From Alteromonas sp. (lineage in GTDB: Bacteria > Margulisbacteria > Marinamargulisbacteria > UBA6595): 64,000 nucleotides of DNA. Of this stretch, positions 1 through 9,616 are shown one piece after another. Location: contig CAXPTH010000003.1 in the NCBI GenBank assembly GCA_964220215.1, positions 5,246 through 69,245 on the forward strand, read 5' to 3'. The number at the start of each line of letters is the position of its first letter. Positions within the stretch are counted from its first letter, which is position 1. The notes beneath the pieces were generated by a model. It did no database searches and had not been told where the DNA came from. It worked only from the letters and a program-made list of their open reading frames with translations. The position numbers and the translations under genes were made by a program.

Positions 1-91
1 TCTTTATAGTGTTTTTCCATATGAAAAAGCATTGTACCGTGTTTTCGGTGTAGTCATCAATATAAAAATCAAGTACACTGAGAAGGTATAG

Positions 92-1909
92 ATGAGTAAA
101 CAAGCAAACCAATTACCCCATTCGTTTCATATTCCAGTGATGGGGACGGCCTTCACGGTGGATACACCATTGAAAGTTGCGCCCTATGGTATTTCATCCG
201 TTATATCTTTATGTGACGATGAATTATTTGAAGAAATGCGTCAGTCTTTACTGCTGGAGCACCCCCATCATGGTGCGTTTACAGCGATTCCAAAATCAGA
301 GTTGGATTATCGTGCCAAGCGAATTACAGCCTATTTGAATTTGATTCATGATTTGGTAAATGAAAAATTCAAATCAATACAAGACTCCGAATTTAAACCG
401 GGTACTGAAATTACTCGGTATTTTGAATTGTTGGCGTCCAACCATCCACTTCGCATGGCGTATGAGACAATGCTGAACGTATCCGATACTCAAGAAAAAA
501 CAGACAAACAAAATCAGTTGCGCCGGGCTATGCAAATCGGGTCCATTGATGTGAATATTATGACGAAGTTGGATCGGGACATTTATGCGCGGAAAACCGG
601 CGAGAAGTTGCCGGAGATGTATTCCGATGCTATTTCTGGATTGCGGGGATATGCCAATAGTCGACTCAATCAATCCTGTATTGTGTTTTCTGCGGGGTTT
701 AATCGCCGTCTATTTGCTTATATTGAACAATCCCCAGATTTTTTTCCAGATGCGACGGGCCATGTTAAGAAACGTATTATTCTAAAAGTATCGGATTTTC
801 GGTCCTCTCAAATACAGGGGACATTTTTAGCCAAGAAAGGAATCTGGGTCTATGAACATCGCATTGAATCCGGACTCAATTGTGGGGGGCATGCCTTTGC
901 TACCGATGGCTTATTAATGGGGCCAATACTAGCCGAATTTCGGGATCAAAAGGAGTCTCTAACAGATAAACTGTATCGGCTGTGCAATCAAGCGTTAGCC
1001 AATAAGCAGTTGCCAGAATACACCCAAAAACCAGAGTCTCGAGTCACTTTTCAAGGCGGCATTGGGACCTATGATGAAGAACGGGTTTTGTTGGATCATT
1101 ACCAAGTGGATGGAACCGGGTGGGCCAGCCCATTTTTGCTAGTCCCAGAAGCAACAACTGTGGATGAGAAAACCCGGCAACAGCTTGCCAATGCAACACC
1201 CAATGAGTTGTATTTAAGCAAAATATCGCCTTTGGGTGTTCCCTTCAATACGATGAAAGACACCCAAAGTGAAGTAGAAAAATGGGAACGGGTTCAGCAA
1301 GGAACTCCGGGAAGTATTTGCCCCAAGGGGTATTTGGTTAGCAATACAGAATTTACAAAAGTGCCAATTTGTACGGCATCCAAGACGTACCAGCGGCTAA
1401 AAGTTAAGGCAATTGAGGCGTCGGGTGTTGTTGGTGAGGCTTTGGAAAAAGCCAAAAAACAGGTGTACACAAAAGCCTGCCTGTGCGAAGACTTGGCGGC
1501 CCCTGCGTTGCAGCAGCGGGATATTGCGTCTAAGCGCATTCAGGTATCCGCTGTGTGCCCGGGGCCGAATATTGCGTATTTTAAAGAGTTTTTCCGGCTG
1601 GATGCTATGGTAGACCATATTTATGGACGAGCGTCGATTATGCAGGATGCTTTAAGGCCCAATGTGTTTGTAAAAGAATTGCAGTTGTATGTTGCGTATT
1701 GGGTCGATCAAGTGAATGCGTCTATGCATGAATTAGACAAACGACAAAAAGACTATTTTATTGCATTCAAAGAAAATCTAATAGCGGGGATTGACCATTA
1801 TTTGGGTATTGTTGATACAGCGTTTAATTTTTCAAGCGAAGAATTATTAAGCCTTAAAGAGACGCTTAATGCGCATATGAAACAGTTCTCAGGCGTTTTA
1901 TTGAGCTAA
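92..1909 (+). CDS. FMN-dependent TIM-barrel oxidoreductase, nitronate monooxygenase/FabK-like, long form with Cys-rich C-terminal extension
   Basis: 605-aa ORF. Motifs ESGLNCGGHAF and QGGIGTYDEERVLLDHYQVDGTGWASPFLLVPEAT resemble the GaEAGGH and GGIxDGrG...GADGVxxGTrF motifs of the NMO/2-nitropropane-dioxygenase/FabK superfamily. Assignment from motif memory only. Confidence 0.4.
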   Translation: MSKQANQLPHSFHIPVMGTAFTVDTPLKVAPYGISSVISLCDDELFEEMRQSLLLEHPHHGAFTAIPKSELDYRAKRITAYLNLIHDLVNEKFKSIQDSEFKPGTEITRYFELLASNHPLRMAYETMLNVSDTQEKTDKQNQLRRAMQIGSIDVNIMTKLDRDIYARKTGEKLPEMYSDAISGLRGYANSRLNQSCIVFSAGFNRRLFAYIEQSPDFFPDATGHVKKRIILKVSDFRSSQIQGTFLAKKGIWVYEHRIESGLNCGGHAFATDGLLMGPILAEFRDQKESLTDKLYRLCNQALANKQLPEYTQKPESRVTFQGGIGTYDEERVLLDHYQVDGTGWASPFLLVPEATTVDEKTRQQLANATPNELYLSKISPLGVPFNTMKDTQSEVEKWERVQQGTPGSICPKGYLVSNTEFTKVPICTASKTYQRLKVKAIEASGVVGEALEKAKKQVYTKACLCEDLAAPALQQRDIASKRIQVSAVCPGPNIAYFKEFFRLDAMVDHIYGRASIMQDALRPNVFVKELQLYVAYWVDQVNASMHELDKRQKDYFIAFKENLIAGIDHYLGIVDTAFNFSSEELLSLKETLNAHMKQFSGVLLS

Positions 1910-2769
1910 GAACGCGTTAGTTTAGAAAATTGAATATTGCCATGAATGGCAAATTGAACTACGGCATCGCATACCAACCGATGTTCGCGGTGGTTGGGAC
2001 TGGAAAAACACCGATGCCACCGGCCTTTAATCCAAAATACAGCGCCCATTAGGCATCGGTACGCACCATAGGCCAACCGGCCATAGTGTTTTTTAACAAT
2101 CCAAAATCCACCCCGATACCCTTCGATTAATACAAAGTGCTTCACGGTTTTAGACGATGCTCCAATAATATGTGTGGCGGATACGTTGGGGTAATAATAC
2201 ACTTTTTTGTTGTCTTTTCGAATTCGCAAGCATAAATCAATATCATCATTATAAAAGAAAAACGCTGGGTCAAGGCCGTGGAGTGTGTCTCGGAAATAGG
2301 CGGTGTTGAGCAGCATAACAGCCCCAGATAAAAATCGAACAGACCGTGGTTTATTTGTCTTGTACACCCAATGCGCTAGGGGATTGCCGGGCACTTGCAA
2401 GCGCCCATCTTCATGCAACAATTGGGGGGCAATAACGCCGATGCTGGAATCGGATCGCATAACCGAAACCAGCGTGTCAATCAGTGTGGGTTCAATAAAG
2501 GCATCGCTATTGAGGAGCAGGGTGTATTCGCCAGTTGCGTGGGGCAATAAATAATTGACACCATTGGGAAAGCCAATATTTTCGTCCAGCTCAATGAGTG
2601 CGACACGATCGCGATACGGTTGCAGAACCGCCAGGGAATTGTCGCTGAAATTGTTGTCTAAAATTAACGTTTCTAAGCGCAAGTCTGTTTGACTTTGCTC
2701 AATGCAAGCCAGGCACTGGTCTAAAAAGGCAGCACCATTAAAATTAACAATGAGTATACTAACGTCCAC
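1906..2769 (-). CDS. family 2 glycosyltransferase
   Basis: 287 aa with N-terminal ILIVNFNG, DNNFSDNS and NSDA motifs typical of the GT-A/GT2 fold. 4-nt convergent overlap with the preceding ORF's end. Confidence 0.75.
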   Translation of the reverse strand: MDVSILIVNFNGAAFLDQCLACIEQSQTDLRLETLILDNNFSDNSLAVLQPYRDRVALIELDENIGFPNGVNYLLPHATGEYTLLLNSDAFIEPTLIDTLVSVMRSDSSIGVIAPQLLHEDGRLQVPGNPLAHWVYKTNKPRSVRFLSGAVMLLNTAYFRDTLHGLDPAFFFYNDDIDLCLRIRKDNKKVYYYPNVSATHIIGASSKTVKHFVLIEGYRGGFWIVKKHYGRLAYGAYRCLMGAVFWIKGRWHRCFSSPNHREHRLVCDAVVQFAIHGNIQFSKLTRS

Positions 2770-3229
2770 GCGTTAACGTATAGGTTTCTCCAATCGTATT
2801 AACCAACAAGGGCTCAACAATTGTGTCAACGACATCGGATTCATGAATGCCCGCTTGCATATGAATCCCCCATGCATGATTGTGTTGCATATCGGTAATA
2901 TGAATAACCCCCAATTGGTTAATAATAGCCACACGATCGGCATAACTAACGGGCGTCTTATCGGTAATATTTAAGCAATAACTATCATAGGATGGATGCT
3001 CTAAAAACTCCGGTTCAGTGAGTGAAAAGGCGGTGTTATTGGGATTAATCAAGCAATCGTAGTCCGTGAGCAGTTGAATAACGTTTTGTGTATCCAAGGG
3101 TTTTTCAGCGTGAAGGGTAATAATGCCAAATCGATACAAGGCTTTTAAGCCGGGTTGATTTTTGAGCGCAGCAAAGGCTGAAATAGCATGCAAGTCTGTG
3201 TTTTTTGGCCAGGTGTAGATTTTAAGCAT
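2759..3229 (-). CDS. hypothetical protein (156 aa) inside an overlapping operon
   Basis: Clean ORF whose start overlaps the upstream GATase gene and whose stop overlaps the GT2 start. No motif recognised. Confidence 0.45.
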   Translation of the reverse strand: MLKIYTWPKNTDLHAISAFAALKNQPGLKALYRFGIITLHAEKPLDTQNVIQLLTDYDCLINPNNTAFSLTEPEFLEHPSYDSYCLNITDKTPVSYADRVAIINQLGVIHITDMQHNHAWGIHMQAGIHESDVVDTIVEPLLVNTIGETYTLTRGR

Positions 3230-3992
3230 GGGTCACCGATGAATGGGTCAGCTGTGTGGCTAAATTATGAAATAAGACATGCCAGGGTCCGGGAGCTTGG
3301 GGATTTTGCTTTAGTATGGTTCCTTGGTTTGGGGCAATGTGATGGGGCAGTTGCCGGGTCAAATACCCGCGCTCTGGGTGGGGCATCATGGCCAGCACAT
3401 TCCCAGCGGCATTGGTCACAGCCGCAATATTTTGGGTGCTCCCATTGGGATTGCTGGCATCCGTTTGGGTTCCATCGGGTTCGCAATACTGCATGACCGG
3501 AATGGCATCGGCAGGGGTTTTAAATAAAAATCGGCCCTCGCCATGGTTAATCGGAATGGGCAAGACGGTTTCAATGCCTTGAGTAAATACCGTGTTGCTG
3601 CTCACAGAAACGTACACCCACTCACAAATAAACCCCGTTGTTTGGGTGCCTGTTTGATTGGCCGCCAACATCGTATTGGGAATAATCCCACTTTGGGCTA
3701 AAATTTGGCACCCATTGCAAATCCCTAAAATGGGCTTTTGGTGGTCATTGGCTGCACGCAACCAATCCACAATTCTGGATGTGGCTGCAATGGCGCCGGC
3801 ACGGACCCGATCTTGATACGAAAATCCACCCGGAATAACATAGGCATCGCAGGCATTAAAATCCGCCAAGTCACACGACCATGCGGGCAACCATCGGGTA
3901 GATAGCCCTGCAAAGGTTAGGGCGGCGTGGGTTTCACGTTCGCAATTGGTCCCTGGAAATAAAATAATGCCAACGGTTGCCATACTTAACAC
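3222..3992 (-). CDS. class I glutamine amidotransferase, PurQ-like (FGAM synthase subunit I-like) with a C-terminal extension
   Basis: VGIILFPGTNCERE...ILGICNGCQILAQSGIIP...MPHPER match the PurQ Cys-His-Glu triad regions. No purL/purS is adjacent, so the function may differ from purine synthesis. Confidence 0.65.
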   Translation of the reverse strand: MLSMATVGIILFPGTNCERETHAALTFAGLSTRWLPAWSCDLADFNACDAYVIPGGFSYQDRVRAGAIAATSRIVDWLRAANDHQKPILGICNGCQILAQSGIIPNTMLAANQTGTQTTGFICEWVYVSVSSNTVFTQGIETVLPIPINHGEGRFLFKTPADAIPVMQYCEPDGTQTDASNPNGSTQNIAAVTNAAGNVLAMMPHPERGYLTRQLPHHIAPNQGTILKQNPQAPGPWHVLFHNLATQLTHSSVTHA

Positions 3993-4951
3993 GCAATAAT
4001 TTTCCCAATATTAACCGCAGCAATCATGCCGTCGGCAATAGCGGGCTGAATTTGTCGGATCTGTTTGGATCGAATATCGCCAGCGGCGTAAATACCGGGG
4101 ATATCCGTTCGCATATAATCATCGGTTAAAATAAAGCCTTCTTCATCCAAGGCAACCCCAACTCGACAGGTTTCTTCAGATGGAATACGCCCCACGTAAA
4201 TAAACAAGCCTTTTAAATCCAACCACGTTGTTTGATGATTGTGTAAATTTTCAACTTTAATTTTTTCTAATTTATCAATTCCGAATGCTTCAGTCACATG
4301 GGTTTGCCACATAATTTGAATTTTGGGATTGTTTAAAATTCGTTTTTTCAAGTAACTGACCGATTTCAAACTATCGGATCGGTGAATCATGTAAATCTTT
4401 TCGGCAAATTGACTTAAGTAATCAGCCGCATAGCAGGCACAGTTGCCGCCGCCCACGACGCCGATGGTTTTGCCTGTATACGAGGACCCATCACAATCGG
4501 CAAAATACGAAATGCCACGCCCGGTGAATTGCGATTCAAAATCAGTATTTAAAAGCTTGGGCTCTAAGCCTGTTGCAATGATAATGTATCGGGTATAGTA
4601 ACATTCACCCAATTCGGTTACGACTTTTTTCTCAAGACCGTGTTTGTTTTCAATTGCGTCAACCGAGGCATTGGTGTACGCCAAATTATAATCTAAGATA
4701 TGCGATTCCATGCGTTTGCCCAACTCTTGCCCAACAATACCGCCAGGAAATCCCAAAACATTGTGGACTTTAAAGGCGCTGGATACACCACCACCGGGTA
4801 AAGCACGCTCAATGATTAACGTTTTTAAGTCTGCACGGGCACAACACACGGCCGCTGACATGCCAGCAGGGCCAGCCCCAATAATCACCACATCAAATCG
4901 TTCATTATGGGTGGGCTTCAGTGAGTCTAAAACAGCTAATGGTTCTAACAT
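3986..4951 (-). CDS. thioredoxin-reductase-like FAD/NAD(P)-binding flavoprotein lacking the CxxC redox disulfide (YumC/FNR-like)
   Basis: VVIIGAGPAGMSAA Rossmann FAD motif, second GxGxxA/G motif (IGVVGGGNCACYAADYL), and C-terminal GIYAAGD. The position of the TrxB CATC motif reads FADCDG, with a single Cys. Confidence 0.7.
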   Translation of the reverse strand: MLEPLAVLDSLKPTHNERFDVVIIGAGPAGMSAAVCCARADLKTLIIERALPGGGVSSAFKVHNVLGFPGGIVGQELGKRMESHILDYNLAYTNASVDAIENKHGLEKKVVTELGECYYTRYIIIATGLEPKLLNTDFESQFTGRGISYFADCDGSSYTGKTIGVVGGGNCACYAADYLSQFAEKIYMIHRSDSLKSVSYLKKRILNNPKIQIMWQTHVTEAFGIDKLEKIKVENLHNHQTTWLDLKGLFIYVGRIPSEETCRVGVALDEEGFILTDDYMRTDIPGIYAAGDIRSKQIRQIQPAIADGMIAAVNIGKIIAC

Positions 4952-4956
4952 ATTGA

Positions 4957-5310
4957 TTAATCCAGTTGAATAGTAATGGTTGACTTCTCAGATGATATTA
5001 CACTATTCTCTCTTAATTTAACCATAAAATCCGATCCTTTTAAATGGTTTTGTTTATATTGAATGACGGAGTCCCCTGAAAAGTTCACGATATCGGCTAA
5101 ATAATTGTACTCAATATAGGGCGTTTGAGCTTGAATATCAGCCGCTTCAATGGCCACATTGCCAGAAGCTGTAATTATTTTTTTCTTATAATTAACAACA
5201 ATTAAATCCGCTTCAATGTCTACAGTGCCATAACTCATTCCAACGGCATTCATGATCCAGCCAATGATGAGCAGCGTATATAGTGACCGGTTTCTGTTTT
5301 TTTGATCCAT
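4957..5310 (-). CDS. small membrane-anchored protein, tentatively LptC/OstA-like beta-jellyroll
   Basis: Start moved to the internal Met (MDQKNRNRSLYTLLIIGWIMNAVG = N-terminal TM) to limit overlap with dprA. The short beta-rich remainder is weakly LptC-like. Tentative. Confidence 0.3.
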   Translation of the reverse strand: MDQKNRNRSLYTLLIIGWIMNAVGMSYGTVDIEADLIVVNYKKKIITASGNVAIEAADIQAQTPYIEYNYLADIVNFSGDSVIQYKQNHLKGSDFMVKLRENSVISSEKSTITIQLD

Positions 5311-6368
5311 GATTTTATTTCCAATAGACTTATATAGTGTAGCAAACTTGAAATGGGAATGCTCGTTTTTTCGCACAAGTCATCCAGAGATAGGCCGGTG
5401 TCCATGCCCATGCAACTCAGTATGTGGGCCTCATCGGTGGATAAATCCACGGGTTTTCGGGTCGGTTCTGTGGATGCGTGTTCAACACGCTTGTCTGGAA
5501 ACTCCAGGTAGTCGGATAAAATATCGGCACTATGATGCACCAACTTGGCCCCGTCTTGAATCAGTTGATGGGTACCGATGCTTTTTTCAGAATTAATCGG
5601 CCCGGGAACAGCATAGACATTTCGGTTTTGTTCCAACGCCAAATGAGCGGTAATCACAGCCCCACTGGCATGCCCTGCTTGTGTTACCAACAACCCTTCG
5701 CACAACCCACTAATAATGCGGTTGCGCTGGGGGAATCGGTAGGGGATTGCGGGAATCCCCAGGGGCTGCTCGCTCACCCATGCGCCGGTGTCGAGCATGG
5801 CTTCAGCAATGCGGCTGTTTTTTTTGGGGTAGATGTCATCCAATCCAATGGCCAGTACGCCAATTGTGGGAGTGTTGTGCTGCAATGCCGTTTGATGCAC
5901 ATGCGCATCCACGCCTAGGGCCAAGCCCGATACTAAGGTGAAATGGGCGCTGAGGTCGGCGCACAAACTTTGGGTGGCTTGAATCCCATACATGCTGGGG
6001 TGGCGGGTACCGACAACGGCAAACAGCCGATGGTGTAGGGTCTCTGGGTTGCCTTTGCAATATAAAATTAAGGGTGGGTGATAAATATGAGTCAGCCATT
6101 GGGGGTAGTCGGGTGTGTCGTAAACGATGCAGGCAATGCCATGGGCGTTGAGCTGCTGACGATATGCATCGGCATTCCAGCTGCGATGCCGTTGTAGCCA
6201 ATAGTGTTTGGTTTTTTCATTGGCTCGGCGGCTGTGAATAAAGGATTCCATGTTGGCGAGACAGTCGGCATACTCGGGGTATTCGGCCAAGCAGGCGTGC
6301 ATGGTCGTGGGGGCATCGTGAAAGACCACGTTAAGATTTAAATAATGATCCAGTTTTTTATCAGTCAC
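5250..6368 (-). CDS. dprA: DNA processing protein DprA (Smf)
   Basis: FAVVGTRHPS...GLALGVDAHVHQTAL Rossmann-like DprA core; 372 aa. Confidence 0.85.
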   Translation of the reverse strand: MTDKKLDHYLNLNVVFHDAPTTMHACLAEYPEYADCLANMESFIHSRRANEKTKHYWLQRHRSWNADAYRQQLNAHGIACIVYDTPDYPQWLTHIYHPPLILYCKGNPETLHHRLFAVVGTRHPSMYGIQATQSLCADLSAHFTLVSGLALGVDAHVHQTALQHNTPTIGVLAIGLDDIYPKKNSRIAEAMLDTGAWVSEQPLGIPAIPYRFPQRNRIISGLCEGLLVTQAGHASGAVITAHLALEQNRNVYAVPGPINSEKSIGTHQLIQDGAKLVHHSADILSDYLEFPDKRVEHASTEPTRKPVDLSTDEAHILSCMGMDTGLSLDDLCEKTSIPISSLLHYISLLEIKSWIKKTETGHYIRCSSLAGS

Positions 6369-6429
6369 TGCATTTAGTATACTGGCTTTTGGGTTAATTG
6401 GCTATGTGCGCGTGGATTTAATACGTGAA

Positions 6430-7584
6430 CTAACGGTGGGACGCCCCTGCAGTGACCCATTGCTTAACCCGGTTATCCAGGTCAATAATGGCGTCAATAT
6501 CATCGGCTGTTTCATGCTGGAAGTGGTCAATCGCTCGGCTGATCCACGGATAAATAGCGTCAAACCCAATGGCATGATTTAAAAATTGATACACCGCAGC
6601 TTCATTGGCTGCGGTTAAAATGCTGGGTAAAACCCCACCCTGTTTGCCACAGGCAATGGCCAAGTCCAACAATGGGAATCGGGTGGTATCCGGTTGCGCA
6701 AAGGTCAGGGTATGCTCATGCAAATTCAACGTGGGCCAGGTGGCTCGTTGGGGCTCCGGGTAGGTCATAGCATATTGAATGGGGATGCGCATATCCGCCG
6801 GCCCCACTTGGGCCAAACTCACGCCATCGACAAAATCCACCAAGCTATGCACCACACTTTGCGGATGAATCAGCACGGCTAATTGATCGTAGGCAATATC
6901 AAATAAATAATGCGCCTCAATGAGCTCCAAGCCTTTATTCATGAGGGTTGATGAATCAATGCTAATTTTCTTTCCCATGGACCATTTTGGGTGCTGAACG
7001 GCTTGTTCTGGAGTAACGGACGCCCAATCTAAATCGGGTTGATCCCAGAAAGGCCCCCCAGATGCGGTTAAGGTCATGCGCCGAACCTGGGTGCTGTCAT
7101 GATCAACATACGCAAGGCATTGGTGAATGGCCGCATGTTCAGAATCAATGGGCAGTAGGGGAACCCCATAGTCTCGGGCTGTGCGTTGAATCAAGCTGCC
7201 AGCAGAGACCAACACTTCTTTACAGGCCAGTGCAATGGGAATGCGTGCACAAATAGCCGCATAACTAGCGGCTAAACTCGCCGTTCCGACAATGGCTAAA
7301 ATTAATAAATCGGCTTGGCATTCTTGCGCCATAGTCGCCAGGGATTCTGGGCCTATCAAACACTGCGTTTTTGGGGGCAATTCGGCCGCTATACGGTGAG
7401 CCGCTGCCGCATCGGGGACATGCACATACTCGGGTTGAAACGCCAGGCAATCTTGAATTAATTGCGCAAGATTGCGATGCCCACTGAGACCGACAACCGT
7501 AAACTGGTCCGGGTGTTGCCGAACCACATCCAAACTCTGTTGGCCAATGGAGCCGGTTGCGCCTAGAATACACAACCGTTTCAT
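6430..7584 (-). CDS. dxr: 1-deoxy-D-xylulose 5-phosphate reductoisomerase
   Basis: MKRLCILGATGSIGQQSLDV N-terminus and conserved Dxr body. Start taken at the internal Met, giving a 4-nt overlap with cdsA. Confidence 0.9.
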   Translation of the reverse strand: MKRLCILGATGSIGQQSLDVVRQHPDQFTVVGLSGHRNLAQLIQDCLAFQPEYVHVPDAAAAHRIAAELPPKTQCLIGPESLATMAQECQADLLILAIVGTASLAASYAAICARIPIALACKEVLVSAGSLIQRTARDYGVPLLPIDSEHAAIHQCLAYVDHDSTQVRRMTLTASGGPFWDQPDLDWASVTPEQAVQHPKWSMGKKISIDSSTLMNKGLELIEAHYLFDIAYDQLAVLIHPQSVVHSLVDFVDGVSLAQVGPADMRIPIQYAMTYPEPQRATWPTLNLHEHTLTFAQPDTTRFPLLDLAIACGKQGGVLPSILTAANEAAVYQFLNHAIGFDAIYPWISRAIDHFQHETADDIDAIIDLDNRVKQWVTAGASHR

Positions 7585-8375
7585 AGACTCGTTAAAACAA
7601 CACAAAGATACAATGCCGATGCGCTAAATAGAAGGCTGTCCATACGATCATAAACACCCCCATGACCGGGAATAATCGCAGACGAATCTTTGATCTTGCA
7701 ATAGCGCTTGATTAACGACTCATGCAAATCCCCAAGCTGAGCACAAACAATAGCAATGGGCGTCATCCAAATGATTGTATTGGGTAAGGGAATGTGGCCA
7801 TGCAATAGCGCAACCAACCCCGTTAATAGGATTAACGGGCCCACTGCGCCCGCAATGGTTTTGCCCGGGCTAATGCGAGGGGCTAATTTCCGCTTGCCCA
7901 TTGTTTTGCCAATGAATAACCCCAAACTATCCGTTAACCAGGTTAAGGCCAGGGCTAGGCAAACCCACAGGGCTCCATGGGGTAGCGCACGCAGGGCAAT
8001 GAGACTAAATAGCAATACAGCAATGGTTACAGGGATTCGAATTTGATGCACACGATAGCGATGGGCGGCGAATAACTGGCCACGTGCCAATTCAATGAAT
8101 AGGATCCCCAATACGCTGATTAGTAGGCCGGCATACAGCATGTGCGGCAGGATGCTGATGCTGCTATAGTGTCCAATAATCCAACAAGCAAACAGGCTGT
8201 GTCCCAGCCAGTGCGATGCTGTGATGGAAAATGTGTGATCAATCATTGCGTAATATTCTTTGAGTATCAAATGGCCCACGCCTAAGACACACACGGTTGC
8301 AATCCATCCACCCGTGTAGACAATGAATAAGGCCAATGGAATCAGGATTGCGGCAGCTATAATCCGAGTTATCAT
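7581..8375 (-). CDS. cdsA: phosphatidate cytidylyltransferase
   Basis: Polytopic membrane protein with C-terminal GDLHESLIKRYCKIKDSSAIIPGHGGVYDRMDS signature. Confidence 0.85.
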   Translation of the reverse strand: MITRIIAAAILIPLALFIVYTGGWIATVCVLGVGHLILKEYYAMIDHTFSITASHWLGHSLFACWIIGHYSSISILPHMLYAGLLISVLGILFIELARGQLFAAHRYRVHQIRIPVTIAVLLFSLIALRALPHGALWVCLALALTWLTDSLGLFIGKTMGKRKLAPRISPGKTIAGAVGPLILLTGLVALLHGHIPLPNTIIWMTPIAIVCAQLGDLHESLIKRYCKIKDSSAIIPGHGGVYDRMDSLLFSASALYLCVVLTSL

Positions 8376-8378
8376 AGG

Positions 8379-9080
8379 CTATTCTCCAAAATTGCGTTGA
8401 CGACTCTTGTAAGCATCCAAAACGTTGGCCAAATGCTCAGGGGCAAAATCAGGCCATAAGATTGGCAAAAAAAACAATTCGCTGTAGGCACATTGCCACA
8501 ACATAAAATTGCTGAGTCGAATATTGGTATCGCCGCCAGTTCGAATTAAAATATCGGGTGCTGGCATTGTCTCGGTGTACAAATGGTCTTGAATCGTTTG
8601 TGGGGTAATGGCTTCAGGGGCTAAATCACCGGCATGAACTGTTCGGGCAATGCGTTGGCAGGCATGGGTAATTTCTTCATGAGCCCCATAATTAATCATA
8701 ATATTTAAATTAAGCGTTGTGTGATGCTGCGTTTTTTCATGGGCCGTGGCAATGGTCGATTGCAAGGATTTGGGTAGGGCGGATAAATTGCCCAAACAAC
8801 GGACACGAATATCGTTTTGGCAGGCTGTTTTGACATGCTCATTGAGCACATGTTCCATTAACGTCATCAAAAATTTGATTTGAGATTGCGGGCGCTTCCA
8901 ATTTTCAGTTGAAAATACGTATGCACTTAAATACGCAATGCCTTGTTCAATGCAGGCATCGATCGTATTTTGGAAGGCTTTTGCCCCTGCACGGTGCCCA
9001 TCGTGTTCACTGTGCCCATTGGCGGTGGCCCATCGGCGGTTTCCATCCATAATAACCGCAATATGTGCCGGTGAATGCAT
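8379..9080 (-). CDS. uppS: undecaprenyl diphosphate synthase
   Basis: HIAVIMDGNRRWA and cis-prenyltransferase body. Confidence 0.9.
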   Translation of the reverse strand: MHSPAHIAVIMDGNRRWATANGHSEHDGHRAGAKAFQNTIDACIEQGIAYLSAYVFSTENWKRPQSQIKFLMTLMEHVLNEHVKTACQNDIRVRCLGNLSALPKSLQSTIATAHEKTQHHTTLNLNIMINYGAHEEITHACQRIARTVHAGDLAPEAITPQTIQDHLYTETMPAPDILIRTGGDTNIRLSNFMLWQCAYSELFFLPILWPDFAPEHLANVLDAYKSRQRNFGE

Positions 9081-9082
9081 GA

Positions 9083-9616
9083 CTAAACAGTCGTTAACGC
9101 CTCAACTTTTTTATCTAGAGCGGTATTGATGGTTTGATTAAATCGCTCGGTCGTTTTTTGAATGCGCTGCTCTTCTTGTTTTTTGTCATCATCCGATAAG
9201 TCTGAATTTTTCTTGATATCGTCCATAGCGGATCGACGGAGATTTCGAACACCGATTCGGGCCTCTTCAGCCAATTGGTTAACCTGCTTCACCAGTTGAC
9301 TGCGTCGCTCAGCAGTCAAAGGCGGAACTTTTAATAGGATACTGGTTCCATCCACGTGGGGATTAATGCCTAAGGATGACATAACCAAAGCTTTTTCAAT
9401 CGCTTCAACTGCGCTTTTATCAAACACTTGCAAGGACAAGGTTGTCGAATCCGGAACAGAAATGCTGGCCAATTGTTTCAATGGGGTAGGCGCACCATAG
9501 TAATCCACCACAATGCCGTCCAATAAATCAGGCGATGTGCGGTTGGTCCGAACCGACTTGAACCGCGTGATAAGATTATCCACACATTTATTTAATTTTT
9601 GTTCAAACTCGCTCAT
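9083..9616 (-). CDS. frr: ribosome recycling factor
   Basis: 177 aa, RRF-like throughout. Canonical pyrH-frr-uppS-cdsA-dxr order. Confidence 0.9.
   Translation of the reverse strand: MSEFEQKLNKCVDNLITRFKSVRTNRTSPDLLDGIVVDYYGAPTPLKQLASISVPDSTTLSLQVFDKSAVEAIEKALVMSSLGINPHVDGTSILLKVPPLTAERRSQLVKQVNQLAEEARIGVRNLRRSAMDDIKKNSDLSDDDKKQEEQRIQKTTERFNQTINTALDKKVEALTTV

Noticed and set aside
374-1618. Several 60-100-aa ORFs antisense to or in alternate frames of the 605-aa gene (374-673, 585-785, 1294-1539, 1397-1618, 1413-1613)
   Set aside because: Fully embedded in a longer ORF with recognisable domain motifs. No RBS or coding signal.
3188-3913. Cluster of short ORFs (3188-3496, 3265-3486, 3324-3527, 3388-3582, 3725-3913) rich in Gly/Pro/Trp
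   Set aside because: All lie within or antisense to the PurQ-like GATase gene, which has unambiguous catalytic motifs.
6369-6429. Intergenic segment between dxr and dprA, checked for a tRNA or small RNA
   Set aside because: No cloverleaf-compatible stems or conserved tRNA boxes visible. None of the other intergenic gaps (20125-20219, 27417-27528, 39220-39401, 43447-43527, 50833-50916, 59890-59977) show tRNA-like structure either.
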